A DNA stretch of 57,412 bases, counting the filler, from Sphacelaria rigidula (taxonomy: Eukaryota): NCBI GenBank assembly GCA_964200075.2. It is 7 parts of 7 records of this genome, joined end to end, with 100 filler letters (N's around TTAATTAATTAA, not from the genome) between each part and the next. Parts side by side here need not be neighbours in the genome. Positions count along the whole stretch, not along the records: positions 8,218 to 16,334 come from CAXNAA020012241.1; positions 16,435 to 24,550 come from CAXNAA020012242.1; 5 more parts are not named here. One strand, given 5' to 3'. A model generated the notes under the pieces. The model did no database searches. It saw only the letters and a program-made list of their open reading frames with translations, and was not told the origin of the DNA. The position numbers were made by a program, and so were the translations under genes. This document shows, in pieces, positions 12,453-21,498 of the stretch (positions are counted from its first letter, which is position 1; each line of letters starts with the position of its first letter).

Positions 12453-14591
12453 ATGGCCAGCGTGGCGAGGAGAGAGTGCATACAAGAGGGCTGCCCGAAG
12501 CGACCATCGTATGGTGTACCGGGCTACAAGGCGGAGGTGTGCTCTTATCATGCCAGGGCGGGGATGGTGAATGTGGTAACCAAGAAATGCGGCGGCGAAG
12601 GTTGCTCGAAGAAGCCATCGTATGGTGTGGCGGGAAGCAAGAAGGCGGAGTTCTGCTCTCAGCATGCTAGGACGGGGATGGTGGATGTTGTGTCAAAGAA
12701 ATGCGGCAATGAGGGCTGCTCCAAAATACCATCATATGGTGTTGCGGGAGGCAAAAAGGCGGAGTTCTGCTCTCAGCATGCCAGGGCGGATATGGTGAAT
12801 GTGGTCCACCAGACGTGCGGCGATGAGGGCTGCTCCACGACGCCGTCGTATGGTGTGGCAGAAAGCAAGAAGGCGGAATTCTGCTCCAAGCATGCCAGGG
12901 CGGGGATGGTGGATGTGGTGACAAAGAAATGCGGCGACGAGGGCTGCTCCAAGAAGCCGTCGTTTGGTGTACCGGGAAGCAAGAAGGCGGAGTTCTGCTC
13001 TCAACATGCCAGGGCAGGGATGGTGGATGTGGTGCACCAGACGTGCGGCCATGAGTGCTGCTCCAGGGCGCCGTCGTATGGTGTGGCAGGAAGCAAGAAG
13101 GCAGAGTTCTGCTCCAAGCATGCCAGGGCGGGGATGGTGGATGTTGTGCACCAGACGTGCGGCAGCGAGGGCTGCTGCAAGAAGCCGTCGTATGGAGTGG
13201 CGGGAAGCAAGAAGGCGGAGTTTTGCTCTCAGCATGCCAGGGCGGGAATGGTGGATGTGGTGACAAAGAAATGCGGCGCCGAGAGCTGCCTCAAGCATCC
13301 ATCGTATGGTGTAGCAGGAAGCAAGAAGGCGGAGTTCTGCTGCAAGCATGCCAGGGCGGGAATGGTGACTGTGGTGCACAAGAAGTGTGGCCACCATGGC
13401 TGCCCTACGCGCCCATCATACGGTGTAGCGGGAATCAAGAAGGCGGAGTTCTGCTCCAAGCATGCCAGGGCTGGAATGGTGAATGTTGTGCACCAGAAGT
13501 GCGGCGGCGAGGGCTGCTCGAAGAAGCCGTCGTATGGAGTTGCGGGAAGCAAGAAGGCGGAGTTCTGCTGCAAGCATGCCAGGGCGGGAATGGTGGATGT
13601 GGTGACAAAGAAATGCGATGACGAGAGCTGCCTCAAGCATCCATCGTATGGTGTAGCAGGAAGCAAGAAGGCGGAGTTCTGTTACAAGCATGCCAGGGCG
13701 GGAATGGTCAATGTGGTGCACAAGAAGTGTGGCCACCAGGGATGCTCGAAAAAGCCATCGTATGGTGTGGCGGGAAGCAAGAAGGTGAACGTTTGCGCTC
13801 AGCATGCCAGGGCTGGAATGGTGGATGTGGTGACGAAGAAATGCGGCGACGAGGGCTGCTCGAAGAAGCCGTCGTATGATGTGACGGAAAGCAAGAAGGC
13901 GGAGTTCTGCTTGAAGCATGCCAGGGCGGGAATGGTTCATGTGGTGAGCTACAAGTGTAGCAAAGAGGGGCGCTCGATGTTGGATATTCTGAAGAACGAC
14001 AATCTTGATGAGGCAAAGTTGTGCGGGCATCCTACTGCGCATGATGTAGCTAAAGTGTACGACACGGGAGAGCTCAACACTGGGGAGGCCACCTCGACCC
14101 GTAGCATAACAGAGGGTGGTGGAGGAAGCGTTGCTGGCGTGCGAGGAACAAAACGCAAGCGCGCACCATGCCTGAGTTCTGGCACAAGCGACGTTGTTGA
14201 TGCTCGACAGAATGTGTACCCCGTTGCCAGGCGGATTGGTGTTAAACCACTGTTGCTTCCGGGCCAGCTACCCTCAGGGGCTGATCGTGAGGTGTCTCCC
14301 GTGCCAAGAGTAGGAGCAGGAATGAAGGTAGAAGTGGCAGCCCCTTCTCCTATACACGGTGGAGCTATTATGGGAGAGTGTGGCAAGCATACTGCCCACT
14401 TGGGGGGTCGGAGCAGTGCAGGTGGTCAAAGTAGCTCCAGCAGCAGCAGTTGTGGTGTGAATGCGGGACGGCTTTACGGTTCTCCGGCAGTTGTTCGTGG
14501 GTCTCTTGGCGGGTTCGTTGATGAGGAATCAGTGGAGACGTTGGAGGGTTCAAGCGTGAAGTTGGAGCTAGGAGTTGCGTCCGACAGATGA
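12453..14591 (+). CDS. EsV-1-7 repeat protein 1 (13 intact + 1 degenerate 38-aa Cys/His repeats; intronless ORF)
   Basis: 733-aa open frame, first in-frame ATG at 12453. 114-nt repeats at 12471-13949 with consensus KKCGxEGCxxxPSYGVAGSKKAEFCxxHARAGMVDVV, the EsV-1-7 domain of brown algae and phaeoviruses. Confidence 0.92.
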   Translation: MASVARRECIQEGCPKRPSYGVPGYKAEVCSYHARAGMVNVVTKKCGGEGCSKKPSYGVAGSKKAEFCSQHARTGMVDVVSKKCGNEGCSKIPSYGVAGGKKAEFCSQHARADMVNVVHQTCGDEGCSTTPSYGVAESKKAEFCSKHARAGMVDVVTKKCGDEGCSKKPSFGVPGSKKAEFCSQHARAGMVDVVHQTCGHECCSRAPSYGVAGSKKAEFCSKHARAGMVDVVHQTCGSEGCCKKPSYGVAGSKKAEFCSQHARAGMVDVVTKKCGAESCLKHPSYGVAGSKKAEFCCKHARAGMVTVVHKKCGHHGCPTRPSYGVAGIKKAEFCSKHARAGMVNVVHQKCGGEGCSKKPSYGVAGSKKAEFCCKHARAGMVDVVTKKCDDESCLKHPSYGVAGSKKAEFCYKHARAGMVNVVHKKCGHQGCSKKPSYGVAGSKKVNVCAQHARAGMVDVVTKKCGDEGCSKKPSYDVTESKKAEFCLKHARAGMVHVVSYKCSKEGRSMLDILKNDNLDEAKLCGHPTAHDVAKVYDTGELNTGEATSTRSITEGGGGSVAGVRGTKRKRAPCLSSGTSDVVDARQNVYPVARRIGVKPLLLPGQLPSGADREVSPVPRVGAGMKVEVAAPSPIHGGAIMGECGKHTAHLGGRSSAGGQSSSSSSSCGVNAGRLYGSPAVVRGSLGGFVDEESVETLEGSSVKLELGVASDR

Positions 14592-17437
14592 TGGATGATG
14601 CTGCTCGTTGTACTGATCTCGTTCAGATTACGCGGGGAGTATGCTGAACGCCAGCTTGCACAACCCGCCCCCTGAAACGGGAGGTGGCTGGTACGGATTG
14701 GTTTGCTCTCGATGCGGAGACACTCGCAAGATTGTTGGGTCCTGATATCTCAATGCTATGTTACACCAGGGTGTCGTGGACACCTAGGCTCTACAAGTGT
14801 GATGGCCATGTGCGTTGCAATAATGTGCCAAGAGTTGCCCCGAGGTTGATGCACTGTGGAAGTCGGCCACCGAATGAAGCGTGACACTGCTGTTGACGCA
14901 GAATTCATGCAGTAATCATGTCCAGCTTTCTCTAGATGATGCAGTAAGATTTTCGAGGTGCAAGTCTTGAGCACCGGGACGAAGACACGGAGACGGCGAG
15001 AGGCCTTCAACTTGCCATCCTCGTTCATTTCACACCTGCATGTTTATTCCAAACCATAGTGCACGTAGTGTCTCATACTCATGTAAGCACAATATAGGTA
15101 TGTAGTCGCCCATGTTCCAATTTCACGAAGTGCATTGGTCTCTGCTCCGGGTAGAAAATTCGACTCACCGAATTTTCGCGACTCGTTTTTTGCGATAGAT
15201 TTTTCGCGTCTCGGATTTTGCGACTCGTTTTTCGCTACATTTTTTCCAGTCTAGAACCATATTTGATTTCGGCTTTTGGATAAACCTTCGTGAAACAGAA
15301 ACTAAACGCACCTTTCTCAAAGAGGCACCTGGATACACAGCAGTTCCTGCTGCTGACGTAGTATCATGCTTCGAGTCGAAGTCTTGAGTGAGAAGTTTGA
15401 CGCCCAGCGTGCAGCTGCTTGATGCTTGACGGTGTCTCCTGTCTGCCCGAGAAACAGCCGTTGGCAATATTTCTTGGTGCCCATGTACAAAGATCACATG
15501 GTGAGTTCCGGCTGCGGATGTCTACAACGATAGTGATCGGCCGTGTGTGCTCCTCAGAGCCCCATTGCAGTTGCTGCTGCCTACCTGGTATGATGCTCCA
15601 AATCGAAGTCTTGAGTGAGAATATACATGATGTTATCGATGATAGGAATGTAAAAGGTATGAAGTGCACACGATCAGGTACGTTGCCCGCGTTTGGACAG
15701 ACAGCCGTGTTCATACAACGCGTATATCTACACGTCGTCATCATACTGAAGTGCGACAGAACACAGGGAGATGTTGCAAAGGGATATGTTGTGGACGTGG
15801 TGTGGCCAAAAGGAATATTCAACATTGAGGTAGTGGCACTTCCCAAGGGAATCTACGTGAAGCGGTACTGTTCAGTTGTGTTCAACATACAGGCAGTACA
15901 GTACAGTTCTGGCCAGTGTTTGCACAGTATGTGTTGGGCTGGTTCGTTGCCAACAAATTGCAAAGCCACATCCGCCAATATTGATGTACGGGAAAGATAA
16001 CCCGGTTCGCCGCCGCACTTGTTCGCCACTCCTTGCCTCTACCAACATGTTCTTCTCTACTCGCTGCGACGTACCCCTACCACCTACCGTTTCGGTATAC
16101 CCTGCTCAGGCGAATGCTGCCGACATGTACGTGCGGTGCAGTACAGCAACTACTTTCGCCTTCATCCATCGATCAGGGGGCACCCCTCCCACACACACAC
16201 ACTTAAAACGGGCACCCCCTGCCCCCCTCCTACAGCCCCAAAATGAGATTTCGGCGACCTGGAGAGGGACGGGTGTACTCATGATCATGCATGCCATAGT
16301 CATTAGACCACTGACCTCGCATCCCTACAAAGCCNNNNNNNNNNNNNNNNNNNNNNNNNNNNNNNNNNNNNNNNNNNNTTAATTAATTAANNNNNNNNNN
16401 NNNNNNNNNNNNNNNNNNNNNNNNNNNNNNNNNNGCTGCATCCTGCTAAAATTGTTCGGCCCGCAGCCAACTGATAATCTTGCATTTGGATGACAGCCAA
16501 TAATGACTTGCTTTACTCTGTGGTATCGCCGCTTCCAGCTTCAGGCAAGGGGGGCATCAACGGAGTAACACCATTGCTCGAGAGGGATGCATTTCCACGA
16601 CCCTCCCTAGTTCGAAGGTGTGTATTGTTTCAGTAGGTGGTGACAGGGGCGACTGATTCAGGCACAGCTGGCTATCATCATGCCGCCAGGCTAGTGCCGT
16701 ATGGTGAGTGCATTAGCATGCACAACCGTCCTGCCAGTGACCCCCGCTGCCATACCTAGCGTAGAGCAACCCTTGTGTACCCACACAGGATAAGGTGGTG
16801 TCTCCCAACAGCGTATGGCAGTACGCTGGAAACGTCATAGATCGGCGTGCGCTGCCCATCTCCACATCACCATCCACCAGGTGCAGGAACACCACTCACA
16901 TGAACCGAGTAATCATCCAGCCTGTGATCCCGATGCGAGGTGCTCAGAACAGAATGACCGCACGCCCGTTGTGTGTCACGCAAATCGGATGGGTTGAGAA
17001 ACCACACTAGCGACCTCGATACTGAAGATTTCTGTGAATCCACAGACCTCGACACCCCTTCCTTTGCTTCAGCCGTGCGGCCACGCCGTGAAAACACGTA
17101 CATGCACTACGCTGCATATTGAAAGCCCCCTCTCCCCCCCTCCGCTGTAATGACCCTGCTGCAGCGGCTCTCTCTGTCGCCTGCTAACTCCACTGCTGAT
17201 GTGTCAGTTCACTCTGGCCCACGTGCCCATATGCGACCGAGATACTATGATGAAGGCTCACCTATCTTTTTCATGGGCATGGGCTAAGGTCGCTTTTGCT
17301 GGTTAATTCATGCAGGGTGCTTCTTGACTGGTCAGCTGGACTCCGTGAAGGGGTTTGTGGTAGTGCGGATCGCGGCAGCAGGAGCACCAGCGGGACTACC
17401 ACGGCTTCGTATTTTCACTGGGGCAGTCGTGAAGGGG

Positions 17438-19543
17438 ATGCCTAGCTTTTGCACCCGCACGAGTTGAACCGCGAGAGCATCATATGGCATAGCGGGTAGC
17501 AGGAAGGCGGAGTTCTGTGCCGCACACGCCCCAGCGGGCATGGTGAATGTGCTGGGCAAGCGTGGTAGCGAGGAGGGCTGCTCCACAAGACCATCGTTCG
17601 GTGCAGCCGGTAGCAGGAAGGCGGAGTTCTGCGCCGTACACGCCCGAGCGGGCATGGTCGATTTGGTGAACAAGCGGTGCAGCGACGAGGGCTGCTCCAC
17701 AATACCATCGTTTGGTGCAGCCGGTAGCAGAGAGAGGGAGTTCTGCGCCGCACACGCCCCAGCGGGCATGGTCGATGTGACGAGCAAGCGGTGTAGCAAG
17801 GAGGGCTACTCCACGAGACCAACGTTCGGTGCAGCCGGTAGCACCAAGGCGGACTTCTGCGCCGCGCATGCCCGAGCGGGCATGGTCGATGTGAGAAACA
17901 AGCCGTGCGGCGAGGAGGGCTGCTCCATAAAACCATCGTTTGGTGCAGCCGGTAGCACGAAGGCGGAGTTCTGCGCCGCACATGCCCGAGCGGGCATGGT
18001 CGATGTGAGAAACAAGCCGTGCGGCGAGGAGGGCTGCTCCATAAAACCATTGTTCGGTGCAGCCGATAGCAGGAAGGCGGAGTTCTGCGCCGCACACGCC
18101 CGAGCGGGCATGGCCGATGTGGTGAGCAGGCGGTGCGGCAAGGAGGGCTGCTCCATAAAACCATCGTTCGGGGTAGCCGGTAGCAGGAAGGCGGAGTTCT
18201 GCGCCGCACACGCCCGAGCGGGCATGGTCGATTTGGTGAGCAGGCGGTGCAGCAAGGAGGACTGCTCCACAAGACCATCGTTCGGTGCAGCCGGTAGCAG
18301 GAAGGCGGAGTTCTGCGCCGCACACGCCCGAGCGGGCATGGTCAACGTGAGGACCAAGCGGTGCTGCAAAAAGGGCTGCTCTATATACTCATCGTTCGGT
18401 GCAGCCGGTAGCAGAAATGCGGATTTGTTTGCTAGACACTCTCGAGCAGGTGTGGTTTTCGTGAGAAACGAGAAGCACGGCAATGATGACCACTCGAACC
18501 CATCATCGGTCGGTACAGAAGCTGGCAGCAAGGTTGAGTTCTGCGCCGCACACGCCCAAGCGGGCACGGTCGGCATGGCACGAAGACGGGGTGGCAAGGA
18601 GGGCTGCTCCGCAAAACCGTGGTTGCGTTCAGCCGGTCGCAAGAAAGCGGAGTGCTGCCCCCCACACACCCGTCCAGCCATGGTGGATGTGGTACGACGG
18701 CGGTGCGGCCGAGAGGGCTGCTCCACACAACGACCACCCTGTGCAGTCGGTGGCAGGAATGCAGAGTTCTGCACCGCTCAAGCCTGCGCAGGGATGGCCT
18801 TTATCAACGGTGAGGAATGCGTCTCGCTGCATCATTCCAACCTGGTTCGGGAACACGAAAATATCTACCATCATGCTCCATATGGCTTGGTCAGAGGGTC
18901 TGATTCCACAGGACATACCCGAGAAGGGAACCCAGCGAATGATGGCTTGGTCGCGGGAGAGACTTGTGTCGGTATCGATGATGGAGGTGGAAAGTCTAGC
19001 CATCCACCTAATGGCGGTCCCAACACGACTGATGGTGGTCGTGACGCTGAGTCTCGTCCCAGCTCGTGCGTCATCCGTACAAGGCGACGGGGTGCAGATT
19101 CCACCACCACGTCGCCTTCCTCCTCGAGACAGCCCCCCGGCGCGGCGGCAGCAGATACGATTACTCTAGATGGGTCAGAGATGCGAATGAAAATAAAAAT
19201 GGAGGGGACTGTTGCGCCCGTCCGAGTTTTTGAGGGGACACGAACTAGCAAACGAGCTACTGCGCCATCCAGCGGTTGCGACAGCATGAGCGGCTCCAGC
19301 AGGACAACCAGAAGCAGTAGCATTACCAATGGAAGGAACACGAAGCGGCTTCGCCGGACGGCCCAGGTACTGCCAGTACTCGGCGTGGCAGCCGGGGATG
19401 ATTCAATCTCTGCAAACGACGGAACCGATATGAAGTTAGAACTGAACGTGTCCGCCCCGTCTTGTCACGTGTCCGCGGCCCCATCCCGCCTGCGAAAAAA
19501 GGAGGTTGTCGAGAGGACCCATGCACGCCTTGTTCCCGGCTGA
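17438..19543 (+). CDS. EsV-1-7 repeat protein 2 (12 repeats, decaying towards the C-terminus; in-frame TGA at 17465-17467)
   Basis: ATG at 17438 (MPSFCTRTS*TARASYG) is in frame with the 667-aa ORF 17540-19543. Repeats KRCxxEGCSxxPSFGAAGSRKAEFCAAHARAGMVDV span 17444-18811. Confidence 0.88.
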
Positions 19544-21498
19544 TGTTCGGCGAAGCGTTTATTCACCGTATCTGTGGTGCGCAAGTCGTGATTTCGCTCG
19601 ATTCTCCGCAATGTGAATCAGGGTTTTTGTTTCGAGGTCAAAGAGTACAGTTGTGTCCAGTGGGTAGCTGGGGAGGCGGAGGCCGCTAAGTTGTTTTTTT
19701 CGATGCATGTATGGTGGCGGATCGTCTTCAGCAATGTTTCCGAAGCATCGTAGATTTGCCAGTCGCATCTTCTCCTGGTTATTTCACTACATTTAGCACG
19801 TCACTTCGGAAAAGGTGCATTCGTCGCCATATGACATACCGCCGCGGCCCAGTGGTGCAACTGGATCGTGCAGAATCGATCAGGAGAAATGTTTTAGCCT
19901 GGAATCCTGCTGGATACCTTCCCCTCATGTATCTGAATTCCGTCTTTGAAAACGCGAGGGCATGAGAATCCGGGAATATTTGACGACAGTCGACAAGGTG
20001 GGGGAGTATTGATCTCACCGGCGGTACCTAAATGTTGGACATGCACCAGGGGAAGGATGGGTTGATCCCTCGAGACGACAAACTAGTCCCGCGGAACGGG
20101 ATGGGTTGAGAGTGGGATGAAGAGAAGCACAGTCAATGCGCTGCTCGTGCCACAATTGTTTTCCTCTCGATATACAGGATCCGATACTTGCACCTGACGC
20201 CGAGAGCGCGCAGCTGGAAAGTACATCCCCATTAGGTAGCACGAGGCGTCGAAATACTTGGCAATATTGTCTTGAGAATATCACTGCGCACAGCGCCGTA
20301 GCACGACGCACATGCGTCCTGTCGGACGATTACGCGCAGCTTATTTAAGGTTGAGGATGTGCGACATCCGTGCCCGCCCGTACGCCTCGCACCTATGGGA
20401 ATACCAAGGTTGTGAGTGTCGTGAAGTTGAGGGTCACCCGCACTAGATCCGAGCTTCGAACTGCGATATGAGAACAGCTCGAGTAAACCCCAACAAGTAG
20501 ACATGGAGTTTCGGTAGCCGCCGCAGTAGGATGAGATACTATGAGCAGGGTTGGAACAAGCCGAAGCCGAGAGTGTTTGCCACACAGAATTGTTCTCGTC
20601 ACTGATACCAAGTCGTTCGTGTTTAGTCCACTCGTGTCAAATTCAGTCGAGAATAGTATATCGTTCCCACCGCGAGAGCAATTCTTGCAAGAGGCAGACA
20701 ATCGGTGTATACCTCCGCCGCCTTCCACCATTTTGGCGCGAGATGTCGCGAAACGACCCTGGATATGACCCCTACGGAATATGCGACATTCGACTGCTTC
20801 GGCATGAAATACCTCGCTAGATGTCATGAGCAACGGGTTGTGGACAAATGATTGTTCGGAGCTCGCTATTGGGTATTATATTCGTGGAATCAAAGGGGCT
20901 TCAGAGCTATTAACTGGGGTAGCCAAGGAGCGGATTTCGTTGAGGTCCTTGAGGTAAAAAAGGCTTACACTAATCCGAAATTTAAAACGTGCCCGTCTGT
21001 CCTGTCCGTCTGGACCTCGTTACGACGCTCCGAACCACGCACTTTGTTTTTTCCCGAATCGACTCGAAGCCGCGCTGCGCGAAAACAACATCCCATCGCT
21101 CTTCTAACAGCAATCGAGACGCCCTCGACAAGTTGCAGCTTCATTGGTGCTCATGGCGTTGTGTTTCGCTTCTGTCTCTGAGCGCACTCGACAACACCGC
21201 CATTTCAACCCCTTTCGAGCGAAGCGAGTCTTGACTGAACTTCTCAGACTTGACTGTCGCAACTTCAATCGAGGCCCTTTTGGAGGTTGGAGGCATCACA
21301 TGCAGCAATAAGGATTTTGCATTGGATCGACTAACCATATAGCATGCAGGAATTCCGGTCACCACATCCGCTGGTGCATAATCACAGTACACAGGGAGCT
21401 GCCTTCCAGGTGCCCAGATTTGAATTCCTACAGAAAGAGCGTGGGTAAATCTGACGAAATATCGAATATGGATGGGTGGTCGGGTTGGTGGGGGGGGG

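Noticed and set aside
15419-16000. 193-aa ORF
   Set aside because: No motif, non-ATG start, and the opposite strand is equally protein-like but has stops; not callable.
12420-18774. Long antisense and alternate-frame ORFs over the repeat arrays
   Set aside because: Shadow ORFs produced by GC-rich 114-nt repeats that lack stops.
12453-19543. Tandem cluster or integrated-virus island of EsV-1-7 genes
   Set aside because: The genes lie on different contigs separated by an artificial linker, and I recognised no NCLDV core genes nearby.
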